Positions 30,973 through 40,750 of a DNA stretch of 64,000 bases are shown here, piece by piece. The notes beneath the pieces were generated by a model, which saw only the letters and a list, made by a program, of their open reading frames with translations, had not been told where the DNA came from and ran no database searches. Source of the DNA: an uncultured Chloroflexia bacterium (GTDB taxonomy: Bacteria; Chloroflexota; Limnocylindria; Limnocylindrales; CSP1-4); assembly GCA_963734535.1 (NCBI GenBank), contig CAVTHS010000003.1, positions 256,001-320,000 of the forward strand, read 5' to 3'. Position numbers and translations under genes: made by a program. Within the stretch, counting starts at the first letter, position 1. Each line of letters begins with the position of its first letter.

Positions 30973-31341
30973 ATGTTCTTCCCAGCGGCGGGTTGGTTCG
31001 CCGCGTTTCTCCTGACCCTCGCGATCGAGATCCCCATCGCCGGATACCTCCTGCGACGGGTCGAGCGCGACCGCGTCCGCCTGGTGATCCTCCTCATCTT
31101 CGCGAACCTCGCGACGCACCCGGTCGTGTGGTACGTGATGACGCAGCTCTTCCTCGTCGGGACCTGGGAGTACTTCCTCGCGGCCGAGTCGTGGGCCGTT
31201 GCCGTGGAGGCGCTCTTCTATGCCGCCGCCTTCCGCGGTCTCGATCCCCGACGCGCCATCGCGGTCGCGGTGCTCGCGAACGCGGCTTCGTTTGTCGCCG
31301 GCTGGATCGCCGGCAACCTGTGGCCTGAGGTGTTCGGATGA
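30973..31341 (+). CDS. Small four-TM hypothetical membrane protein with polar residues in the TM helices
   Basis: FLLTLAIE, ANLATHPVVW, AESWAVAVEA, ANAASF; ATGA overlap with the next gene. Confidence 0.75.
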   Translation: MFFPAAGWFAAFLLTLAIEIPIAGYLLRRVERDRVRLVILLIFANLATHPVVWYVMTQLFLVGTWEYFLAAESWAVAVEALFYAAAFRGLDPRRAIAVAVLANAASFVAGWIAGNLWPEVFG

Positions 31342-32909
31342 ACGACGGGAGCCGCCTCCGCGCGCTCGGTGCGCTCGGAATCGTCATGAGCATGGTCGCT
31401 GCCGCATGCGGAGCCGCAACCGTGGCGCCATCGCCGAGTGGCGTGTCGACGCCGACGGAGTCCGCATCTGCGTCGTTGGCCGCGGGCAGCGCGGCGCTCA
31501 CGCCCACCGGTGTCGTGTCCCCGACCGTGTCGGCGCAGCCCGCGCCCACGGCCACACCCGTCCCGTCAGGCTCGGCGAGCGGTCCTTCGCCCGCACCCGG
31601 AGGCCAGTGGGTCGCGGCCGGCTCCCTGGCTTCGCTCCCGTGGTCGGTCGGGGTCGCGGTGCCCCTTCGCGACGGAGGAGCCCTCGTCCTCGGCCTCGAA
31701 GGCACCGTTGCGGAGCGCTGGAACCCGGCGGCCACGACGTGGCAGACTGCCGCAGCGCTGACCGCCTCCCGCCGGGATTTCGCGGCGGTACCGCTCCGGG
31801 ATGGACGCGTCCTCGTGGCAGGCGGCCTCGATGCGCACGACCCGGACCGCTGGCAGGCCTACTCGAGCTCGTATCTGTACGACCCATCGACGCCGGCTGG
31901 GAGCTGGACCAGGGCGGGCCTCCTCGGGACGGCGCGCGTGTCGCCGGCAGCGGCCGTCCTCCCCGACGGGCGCGTGCTCGTGGCGGGCGGAGCCTACAAG
32001 GACGGCCCGCCATATGACGGCACCGGGTCGTCGGGCATCACGCTCGCCCGTACGACATCGACGATGCCCGGGGAGGGGACGGGCAGGGGTGGCCGGTTGG
32101 ACGACGTGGCCCCGCCGAGCATCGGCGTCGCGCTCGCGACCGCGGAGCTCTTCGACCCCGCGACCGGACAGTGGTCCCCCACCGGCTCGATGCGCTTCGC
32201 GCGGGCCGGCGCGGCGGCAGCGACCCTTGCGGATGGCCGGATCCTCGTCGTGGGGCCGAGCTCGTCGGGAAACGGGAATGGGGATGCCAGGATGGACCCG
32301 AGCGTCTATGGCACGGCCGAGGTGTACGACCCAGCGACGGGACGCTTCTCGCTCGTGGGCAGCCTGCCGCCGATCGACCGTGCCGCCATCTCGGCTGCCG
32401 GCGTCAGCGTCCCGACCTCCGATCCGTCGTGGACCCAGATCGGGACGCTGGTTGCGCTGCCGGACGGGGGTGCGCTCCTGGTCGGCCACAGCGACGAGTG
32501 GAAGCACGAGGGCTCGGTCACGCGCAGCTTCCGGTTCGATGGGCAGACCGGGCACTGGCGGCAGGTCGGCCCGGCCAGCGCGGGCGTCAACGACTGGAAT
32601 GCCGGGACGTGGCACCAGACGCCGGGCGTGGACCTGGCGGGCGCCTTCGCCGCGGCGCTACCCGGCGGGCACGTGCTCGTGGCCGGCGGCACCCTGTACA
32701 ACGGGACCGACAGCTGGCAGGCGTCGCGGGTCGCCCGCCTCTACGACGCTGCGACGGACGCGTGGTCGAGCCTGCCGTCCATGCCGACCGGGCGACAGGG
32801 CGGCGTGACCGTTGCCCTGGCAGACGGGTCGGCTCTCCTCGTCGGCGGGAACGAGACCTCGGCGGACTCCGAGGCCTCGACCACGGTCCGATTCATCCAG
32901 TCTCCGTGA
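31338..32909 (+). CDS. Kelch-repeat (beta-propeller) lipoprotein
   Basis: Lipobox VAAAC, S/T/P linker, six repeats of L.DG.vLv.GG...ae.yDP.T..W. Confidence 0.82.
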   Translation: MNDGSRLRALGALGIVMSMVAAACGAATVAPSPSGVSTPTESASASLAAGSAALTPTGVVSPTVSAQPAPTATPVPSGSASGPSPAPGGQWVAAGSLASLPWSVGVAVPLRDGGALVLGLEGTVAERWNPAATTWQTAAALTASRRDFAAVPLRDGRVLVAGGLDAHDPDRWQAYSSSYLYDPSTPAGSWTRAGLLGTARVSPAAAVLPDGRVLVAGGAYKDGPPYDGTGSSGITLARTTSTMPGEGTGRGGRLDDVAPPSIGVALATAELFDPATGQWSPTGSMRFARAGAAAATLADGRILVVGPSSSGNGNGDARMDPSVYGTAEVYDPATGRFSLVGSLPPIDRAAISAAGVSVPTSDPSWTQIGTLVALPDGGALLVGHSDEWKHEGSVTRSFRFDGQTGHWRQVGPASAGVNDWNAGTWHQTPGVDLAGAFAAALPGGHVLVAGGTLYNGTDSWQASRVARLYDAATDAWSSLPSMPTGRQGGVTVALADGSALLVGGNETSADSEASTTVRFIQSP

Positions 32910-32975
32910 TCGGGCGCGGACCCCTGGAAACGCGCTCCCGGGTACGATCTGATCGTCGGAAGCACGAGGGTCGTC

Positions 32976-33743
32976 ATGCGTTCGAAATACCGCCGCCGAC
33001 AGCCGCCCCCGCAGGACCTGCGGCCGCACGCCGGCGGCCGCACGGTCCCGATCCTTGTCGGGCTGGTCCTCATCGTCTTCGGAGCGGCGCTGGCCCTGAC
33101 GGTCGAGCGTCTCATCCCGGGCACGCCCGGCCAGGCGGCGCGTGTCTCACCAGCTCCGTCCGCCCCGCCCCAGGTGTCCTCGAGCCCGTCCGCGAGCGCC
33201 GAGGCCGTCGCGAGCATCGCGCCGACGGCCGAGCCGAGCCCGGCCGCGCCGGCCCTGGAGGCACAGATGCCGCGCACGATCAACGGCACGATCCTCACGA
33301 TCAAGAGCGCCACGAACGCGGCGAGCCTGGGCGGGGACCCGGCGAGCCGCGCGCTCAGCGCGTCGATGACGAGCCTCGGAAAGAAGCCGGACGATCTCGA
33401 GATCGCAGAGGCGTATGACCCCTCCGGAGCGCTGGCCCTGACGGTCCTCGGGTTTCGCGTGCCCGGCGTCGACCCCGTGAAGCTGCGCTCGGTCGTGCTT
33501 GAGGCCTGGTTGTCCACCGGGACGCCGGGCGTCACGTCCTCGAGCGTGACACTCTCAGGTACGCCATCGACCCAGGTCTCCTACGGCGACGCCGGCCCCA
33601 GCAACTACGTGCTCGTCCACGGGGACAGCACGTTTGTCGTCGTGACGAACGACCAGGCCCTCGCGGTCAGCGCCGTCGCCGCGATCGTGGCCCCCGCGCC
33701 AACGGCGTCCCCCGCAGCGTCGCCGTCCCCGTCCGGGGGGTAG
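32976..33743 (+). CDS. Hypothetical membrane-anchored protein with Pro/Ser-rich linkers
   Basis: Single TM helix (ILVGLVLIVFGAALAL), globular extracellular domain, TACGAT and SD upstream. Confidence 0.68.
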   Translation: MRSKYRRRQPPPQDLRPHAGGRTVPILVGLVLIVFGAALALTVERLIPGTPGQAARVSPAPSAPPQVSSSPSASAEAVASIAPTAEPSPAAPALEAQMPRTINGTILTIKSATNAASLGGDPASRALSASMTSLGKKPDDLEIAEAYDPSGALALTVLGFRVPGVDPVKLRSVVLEAWLSTGTPGVTSSSVTLSGTPSTQVSYGDAGPSNYVLVHGDSTFVVVTNDQALAVSAVAAIVAPAPTASPAASPSPSGG

Positions 33744-33785
33744 GGCAGGCCGTGGCCGGTCGGCACGACGGGCTCCGAGCGCTGG

Positions 33786-33878
33786 TCAGGGCAGGGGTCG
33801 CCAGAGACTCCCGAGGAGGATCGAGACCGCCGCGAGCAGGGCGCCGAGGGCGACGAACCCGAATCCGATCTCGGTCAC
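33786..33878 (-). other. 30-codon single-TM ORF: small membrane peptide or 3' remnant of a VWA-domain membrane protein
   Basis: VTEIGFGFVALGALLAAVSILLGSLWRPLP*, codon usage typical of this genome. Confidence 0.4.
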
Positions 33879-33993
33879 CTCGTGAATCGGCGGCCCGCTG
33901 CGCGGCGTCCAAGGGTAGCGGACCGGTATCGCTCACACCGTCCGCCGGGACGAGGCCTCGAACCGGATGACGGCTCAGGCTTCCGCCCGGATC

Positions 33994-35547
33994 CTACGTG
34001 GACACGGCGACGACGGGCGAGGACCCGAGGGTCGCCCCCCGGGCGTCCCGCGCCACGGCCCGGACGAAGGCCGCGGCCCCCGCGACCGGGATGGAGGTCT
34101 CGAAGCCGGTTCGAGGTGCGGAACCGGCGCGCGTCAGCGCAGCCGCGCTCGATCCGGCGAGCACGTCCCAGCTGGCGACCTCCGTGGCGCCGTTCCAGCT
34201 TGCGAACGCGGTGACGACGCCCCCGGGACCGGCGACCGCGGCCGCTGCCGGAACGTCGCCCGGGCGGCCCGTCCATGGCGAGCGGAAGTTCCGGTACGAC
34301 TGGACGGCGGCAGGGTAGGTGGCATCGAAGACGAGCTCGCCGGTCCCCGAGAACTCGCTCACGTAGCCCGCGTCGCCCCACCCCACGAGGTAGTTGCCGC
34401 GCGGAAGGACCTGGAGGTTGCCCTGGCTCCTCGCGAACAGGGGCGTTGGGTGATCGAAGGCGCGCAGGAGGCTCGCCGTCCTGGCCTCTTCGTCGAGCTG
34501 CAGGACGATCGCCCGGGAGTGGGCGGGGCTCGCGCTGTCATCGAAGATCGTCAGCGTCCCGTCCGCCTGGCGGCGCGCGTCATGCTGCCACGAGAAGCCG
34601 GCCCCCGCGCCCATCTCGAAGTCGCTGCGCTTCCCGCCGAGTCGCCAGACGATCTCGCCGGTGGTCCGGTCGATCTTGTAGACGGTCGACGTGTTGCGCG
34701 CCGAGATGAGCAGGCTGCCGTCCCGGTCGACATCGATCGAGTTGGCATGGACGTAGTCGTAGATCGCGGCCGCGTCGGCGGTGAACGGGACGAATGACTC
34801 GTCGATCGCGATGTGGTCAACCGTGTGCCATTCGAACAGGACGGTACCGGTCTGCAGGTCGATCTCCTGGACTGCGCAGTCCAGCACCTGGCCGGACAGC
34901 GCGGCGCCGCCGGGCGCGGACGCCGCGGGAACGCCGGCGTCGGCCAGCAGGAGCGCCGTGCCCTGCGGGGTGAGCTGGAACTCGTGGAGGTCGGCCCGCC
35001 GCCCGTTGCCGGCCCGTACGCGGGCGATCTCGCCGTACGTGTGGTCGGTGAGGACGACGTCGCCCGTCCCGATCCCGCCGTTGACGGACCCTTCCCACCA
35101 CGCGAGGATGGGCTGCCCGCCAAGATCCACCACGTTGAAGTTCGTGACCTGCGTCCCGCTGTCCGGCCGGAGCCAGACCAGGTCGCCCGCGTTGGTGAAG
35201 ATGGCCGGGCCGTCGCTTCCGCTTCCATTCGACGGCGTGCAGAACAGGAGCCCGGGCGCCACGGCGCCCGCGGGAACCTGCACGAGGACCTGCGGCGGGG
35301 TCAGGTCCGGCCGTGAGCGGTAGTGGTGCCGGAACGCCGAGTAGTCAGCGGACGGCCGTGGGGACGTGGGAGCGGGGGTCCCGTCCAGCACTCCCATGGA
35401 CGCGCCGGGCGCGCTCGTGCGGCCCTGCCCGTTGCCACCCTCGAGCGCCGCTGCGGCGACCACGGCCGCGGCGCCGCCGGCCGCTGCAAGACCAAGCGAT
35501 GCAAGGAATCGTCGCCGGCTCAGGCGCGCCTGGGCGGGCTCATCCAC
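33994..35547 (-). CDS. Tat-exported arylsulfotransferase (ASST) family protein
   Basis: SRRRFL twin-arginine signal; YRSRPDLTPP, DLHEFQLT, DYVHANSI, LISARN, WRLGGKRSDF, WQHDAR, SQGNLQ, SYR; SD GGAGG. Confidence 0.88.
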   Translation of the reverse strand: MDEPAQARLSRRRFLASLGLAAAGGAAAVVAAAALEGGNGQGRTSAPGASMGVLDGTPAPTSPRPSADYSAFRHHYRSRPDLTPPQVLVQVPAGAVAPGLLFCTPSNGSGSDGPAIFTNAGDLVWLRPDSGTQVTNFNVVDLGGQPILAWWEGSVNGGIGTGDVVLTDHTYGEIARVRAGNGRRADLHEFQLTPQGTALLLADAGVPAASAPGGAALSGQVLDCAVQEIDLQTGTVLFEWHTVDHIAIDESFVPFTADAAAIYDYVHANSIDVDRDGSLLISARNTSTVYKIDRTTGEIVWRLGGKRSDFEMGAGAGFSWQHDARRQADGTLTIFDDSASPAHSRAIVLQLDEEARTASLLRAFDHPTPLFARSQGNLQVLPRGNYLVGWGDAGYVSEFSGTGELVFDATYPAAVQSYRNFRSPWTGRPGDVPAAAAVAGPGGVVTAFASWNGATEVASWDVLAGSSAAALTRAGSAPRTGFETSIPVAGAAAFVRAVARDARGATLGSSPVVAVST

Positions 35548-35891
35548 CCTTCACCTCCCCGTCGGCGGCGCCGCGTCGCGGGGGCCTGCGGATGGAGGTC
35601 CGCGAATGGGCCGCGAGGCAGCCGGTTGACCGGCCCGATGTGCGGGACGCGCGTCGGCAAGCCGCAGTCTCGCGTGGAACGCTGAAAGGCGTCTGAAGCC
35701 AATCGTCGCCGGCACGAGCGCCGCCAGCAGGCGACGGCTGGATACGACCGCCGTCATCCGGCCGTTCGATGGGGGGGTCGACGGGGACCCGGCCGGCAGC
35801 GCCGGACTCACGGGCGCTGCCCGGGGGCGTGGAAGGCGTCGGACCGTACAATGGCCTCTCCACGCATCACCCTGCCGGAGGACCCGCGTCC

Positions 35892-36282
35892 GTGCCGCCG
35901 ATCGCCGAGCTCACCCGGATCGAGCCGATCCACCGCGAGCGCCTTGCTCGGCAGGGCGTCTTCACGACCGGTCTGCTGCTGGAGGTGTCTGAGACACCGA
36001 CGCGACGGCAGACGCTGGCCGACCAGGTGGACGCGTCGACGAACGACGTGCTCCGCTGGCGCGACGAGGCGCTGCTCCTCAATCTCGCGGGGTTCGGGTC
36101 GCCGGAGCACGACCTGTTCGCGTTCGCGGGATTCGAGGGGCTGGGCGCGGTGCTGAAGGTCGGACCTCGCCACGTTCCGCGCGGCGATCGCCCGCGCCGC
36201 CGGGCGACTCCAGGTCGTGCCGCCCACCGATCTCGTGGTCGAGACGTGGTGGGAGCAGGCCCGAACGCTGCAGGACGAATGA
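35892..36282 (+). CDS. DUF4332-like helix-hairpin-helix protein; one frameshift near 36160
   Basis: IAELTRIEPIHRERLARQGVFTTGLLL...RQTLADQV...RWRDEALLLNLAGFG, continuing in the next frame DLATFRAAI...PPTDLVVETWWEQARTL*; SD GGAGGA. Confidence 0.68.
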
Positions 36283-36957
36283 CGCTCGTCGCGGCGGCGT
36301 CGTCACGGGAACGCACCTGGCGCCTGCCGGCCGGACTCGTCGTCGGGACCGCCACGATCCTCACGCTCGTGGGGATCGCGATCGGGCTCTTCTTCAACCC
36401 CGTCTGGGTCTCGTTCGAGCAGGGTCGCACGCGCGCCGACCTGTGGACGGGTTACACGCCCGAGACCGTACGCACGGTCACGGACTCGGTCCTCGCCGAG
36501 GTCTACCTCGGTCCCGGCACGTTCGCCCAGTCCGTCGACGGCACGCCCGTCTTCAACGAACGAGAGCGCGCCCACATGGCCAACGTGCGCGGAGTGGTCG
36601 TCGTCTTCTTCGGGCTGGTCCTCGTGGCCGCGGCGGTTCTGCTGGTCGGCGGGTTCCGATCCCGTGGCGCGGCCTGGTACTGGCGCGCAATTGCCCGTGG
36701 GTCGGCCGTCCTGGCCATCGGCGCGGTGGTCGTCGGCATCGCGTTCGCGCTCGCCTTCGAGCAGGCGTTCACCGCTGTTCCACGACCTCTTCTTCGCCCC
36801 CGGGACGTGGAGCTTCGACCCCGCCACCGACCGCCTGGTGCAGCTCTTCCCGGACGCGTTCTGGACGGAGACGAGCGTCGCGATCGCGATCGCCGGCCTC
36901 GTGCTCACCCTCGCCACCTGGGCGTTCGCGCGACACCGCGCGCTCGGGGAGGCCTGA
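36279..36957 (+). CDS. Integral membrane protein, DUF1461/TIGR01906 (lipoprotein intramolecular transacylase Lit-like); one frameshift near 36775
   Basis: FNERERAHMANVR, then FHDLFFAPGTWSFDPATDRLVQLFPDAFW in the adjacent frame. Confidence 0.78.
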
Positions 36958-36964
36958 CGTGCTG

Positions 36965-38108
36965 ATGCGCGGGATCCCGGTGGCGCGGATCCTGGGCACG
37001 GAGATCAGGGTCCACCTGTCGTGGACCCTGATCGCGGCATTCCTCGTGGCGTCGCTCGGGGCCGTGGACCTGCCGGGGCGCTATCCGGCGTGGCCGAGCG
37101 GCCTGGCGTGGGCCGTGGCCGTGGCGGCCGGGGCCGGCTTCTTCTGCGCGGTGCTGCTCCACGAGCTGGCCCACCTCGCCGTCGGGCGCCGCGCCGATGT
37201 CGCGCCGGCGTCGGTGACGCTCCTCCTCTTCGGCGGCGTCGCCGCCGCGGAGCGTGGCGCGCGCTCTGCCGCCTGGGAGGCCGCGATTGCCGTCGCCGGG
37301 CCACTGGCGAGCATCGTGATCGGGGTTGCCGCGCTCAGCCTCGCGGGCATCGTCGGGGCTCCAACCACCCCGAGCGTCGCGGGCCAGGCGCTCGGGGAGG
37401 CCCTCGCGGTCGTTGGGCTGCTGAGCTGCTTCGTCGGGCTGGTGAACCTGGCACCGGTCTTCCCGCTCGACGGCAGCCGTCTGCTGCGCGCGCTGGCCTG
37501 GCAGCTGACCGGGGAGGAGGGACGCGGCACGCGGATCGCCGGCGCCGCCGGCCGCCTGATCGGCCTCGGGATGATGGGCGGCGGCGTGCTGCTGGCGTTC
37601 ACCGGCGACCTCGTCGACGGGTTCTTCCTGGGCATGCTGGGCTGGTTCGTCCGGGGTTCCAGCGGTGCCCAGGCTCGCCAGGAAGCCCTCGAGGGACTCA
37701 TCGCGGACGCGACGGTCGGTGACGCGATGGAGCGCGATCTCCCGATGGTCCCGCCGCAGGTGACGCTGGACACGTTCGCGGCCGTGCTCTCCGGCCCGGA
37801 GCCCGTCTCCGTGGTCCGGGTCATGTCCGGCGAGCACCTGGTGGGGCTCGTCGGACGGCGCGAGCTCCGGCGCGCGGGACGATCCGCGTGGGCAGCGGAC
37901 GCAGGCGGCGGTCGCCATGACGCCCGCCGACCTGCTCCCGGCGGTCGCCACCGGCGACGGGCTGGGCTCCGCCATCGAGCGGCTCCAGGCGTCCAACGTC
38001 GAGGGCCTGCCCGTGGTCGACGGCGGCGAGCTCGTGGGGATCCTCACCCGGTACGGGATCGGCCGGCTGGTCCACGAGCGATCGCGGCAGGCGCGGCTCC
38101 CGCGATGA
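36965..38108 (+). CDS. Site-2 protease (M50) with tandem CBS domains; one frameshift near 37895
   Basis: IPVARILGTEIRVHLSW, LLHELAH, LLLFGGVA, IAVAGPLAS, NLAPVFPLDGSR, CBS pair (LPVVDGGELVGILT). Confidence 0.87.
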
Positions 38109-39440
38109 ACGAGCTGCTTCCGATCGAGGTTGCGCGGGCCCAGGTGCTGGCCGCCATCCCGGCCGCGCTGCCTCCCGAGACGGTGGCGCTCGCCGACGCC
38201 CTTGGCCGCGTGCTGTCCGAGGACGTTTCGGCCGCCACCGACCTGCCGCCGTGGGACAACTCGGCCATGGACGGGTACGCGATCCGTGCGGCGGACGTCG
38301 CCGGCGCGACCGAGATCTCGGCGGCGATGCTGCGCGTGACCGGCGAGGTCGCCGCGGGCGCCGCGGCCGACGCGGCCGTTCTCGCGGGAACCGCCATGCG
38401 GATCGCGACCGGCGCCCCGATGCCGCCCGGCGCGGACGCGGTCGTTGCCGTGGAGCAGACGACGCCGATCGCGGCCGACGGGTCGGCCGGGCTGCGCGGC
38501 CGCGAGGCCACCGGGCCTCTGCCGGCGCGGATCCGCGTCCACGAGGCGACCCAGCCGGTCCGGAATGTCCGGCTCCGCGCGAGCGACCTGCAGGCGCGGG
38601 CGCCGATCCTCGCGGCCGGCCGCGCCATCGGCCCGGCCGAGCTGGCGATCATCGCTGCCGGCGGCGTGGCGCACGTGGCGGTCCATCGCCGGCCGCGGGT
38701 GGCGGTGCTCTCAACGGGGGACGAGCTTCGACGGGCCGGCAGCGACCTTGGGAGTGCCGGGATCCCGGATTCGAACGGGCCGGCGCTCGTGGCCCTCTGC
38801 GCGGCTGCCGGCGCCGATGCGCGCCACGTCGGCATCGCCCCGGACCGCCTGGAGCCCACGCTCGATCTCCTTCGCGTGGCGCTCGAGGATGCGGACCTCG
38901 TGATCGTCAGCGGCGGCGTCTCCGTGGGACCGTACGACGTGGTGCGCGGCGCCTTCGCCCGAGGTCGGCACGGTTGACCTGTGGCGCGCGGCGATCCAGC
39001 CGGGCAAGCCGTTCGCCTTCGGCACGGCCCCGCGCCCCGGCGTTCCGTCAGGCCCGGCGGTGCTCCTGTTCGGGCTGCCAGGAAACCCGGTCTCGGTCTT
39101 CGTGACCTTCGAGGTGTTCGTCCGGCCGGCCCTGCGTCGCCTGGCCGGCCGCGCCGACGATGCCCTGTTGCGGCCGGTCGACGCCGCCGTTCTCGAGGAA
39201 CCGGTCACCAAGTCCATCGGTCGGCGGACCTTCCTGCGCGTGGCGGCGCTCCGTGACCCCGTCACCGGGACGCCGATCCGCGACGCGATGGGCCGCGTCC
39301 GGGTCTCGCTGGCCGGCGGGCAGGAGAGCCACCAGCTGTCGGCGCTCGCGGCCGCCGACGCGCTCGCGGTCGTGCCAGAATCGGTCGCGGGCCTGCCGGC
39401 GGGCGCCGGGGTCGATCTCTGGTGGCTCGACCGCGCCTGA
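38105..39440 (+). CDS. moeA: Molybdopterin molybdotransferase MoeA; one frameshift near 38958
   Basis: LPPWDNSAMDGYA, RIATGAPMPPGADAVV, STGDEL, SGGVSVGPYD, then IQPGKP, FGLPGNPVS, GQESHQL. Confidence 0.92.
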
Positions 39441-39503
39441 CGGTCCGCACAGGAGCCGGCCGGCCGGCACGCCGACCGGGCGGATTCCCGGGACGGAGGT
39501 GGC

Positions 39504-40164
39504 ATGGACGAGCGATCGCAGCCCCGGGCGGGTCGCCGCCGGCTGACCCACGTGGACCGCGGCGGCCGGCCGCGGATGGTGGACATCTCGGCCAAGCCGA
39601 TCACGGCCCGCCGGGCCGTGGCCGAGGCCGAGGTCGTCTGCAGCCAGGAGACGCTGAGCCTGGTCATCGACGGCCGGGGACCGAAGGGCGATGTCCTGAC
39701 GGTGGCGGAGATCGCGGGCGTCATGGGCGGCAAGCGGACGTCCGACCTGATCCCGCTCTGCCACCCCCTGGCGCTGACCGACCTGGTGGTCTCCATCACC
39801 CCGGATCGCGCCGCGTCCGCCCTGCGGATCCGGGCCGAGGCGGCGACGGTCGGGCCCGACCGGGGTCGAGATGGAGGCGCTCGTCGCCGCGAGCGTCGCG
39901 GCCCTCACGGTCTACGACATGGTGAAGGGCGTCGAGAAGGGCGTCGAGATCCGGCATGTCCGCCTCGTCAGCAAGGTCGGCGGCAAGTCCGGCGAGTGGC
40001 GGCGCGAGGGATCGGACCTGCCGCAGGCACCGGCCGCCCCACCGGCTGGCGTGCCCATGAGCGGGTTCGTCCCGAGCGCCCCGCCCGTATCCCGGCCGAA
40101 GGGCGTCCGCGGCCCGGCGCGCGCCGGTGGAATCCGTCGGCCGGGGCGCAGGCCGGGGCCCTGA
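39504..40164 (+). CDS. moaC: Cyclic pyranopterin monophosphate synthase MoaC; one frameshift near 39856
   Basis: LTHVD...[43 protein letters not shown]. Confidence 0.93.
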
Positions 40165-40167
40165 TCG

Positions 40168-40677
40168 ATGGCAGCCGGCGCCCGGACCGCCTTCGTCCTC
40201 ACCGTCAGCGATCGCGGCTCGACGGGCGATCGGGCGGACACGTCCGGCGACGGGCTGGCCGCGCGCCTGGCCTGCTCGGGTTCGCCGTCGAGCGCGAGAT
40301 GGTCCCCGACGAGCGCCGGCGGATCGAGTCCATGCTCGTGGCCGCGGCCTCACGGCACCCGCTGGTCGTCACGACCGGCGGGACCGGCCTCACGCCGCGC
40401 GACGTGACGCCCCAGGCCACCCTCGCGGTGATCGACTACCAGGTGCCCGGCTTCGCGGAGGCGATGCGCGCCGACGGACGCGCGAAGACGCCGATGGCGA
40501 TCCTGTCGAGGGCGGTGGTCGGCGTTCGTGGGCAAGACGCTGATCGTCAACCTGCCGGGCAGCCCGCGCGCTGCGCTCGAGTCGCTTGCCGTGCTCGAGC
40601 CGGTCCTGGATCACGCGCTCGAGACGCTGCGAGGCCCGCACGAGCACGCCGGGTGGGGGAGCGAGGCGGGCGGCTGA
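40168..40677 (+). CDS. mog: Molybdopterin adenylyltransferase (MogA/MoaB family); two frameshifts
   Basis: LTVSDR...DTSG, VPDE, TTGGTGLTPRDVTPQAT, LSRAVVG, IVNLPGSP. Confidence 0.85.
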
Positions 40678-40750
40678 CGGCAGACGTTCGGGCGCTCGCC
40701 AGGTGCCACGCACGCATCGCCGGCACGGCGGCCGGTGCTAGGATCGGCGC

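Noticed and set aside
33750-33960. SRP, 6S or other ncRNA in the gap between convergent genes
   Set aside because: No diagnostic motifs; better explained by the small minus-strand TM ORF.
39441-39503. Moco riboswitch near the moa genes
   Set aside because: Short GC-rich gap with no recognisable aptamer.
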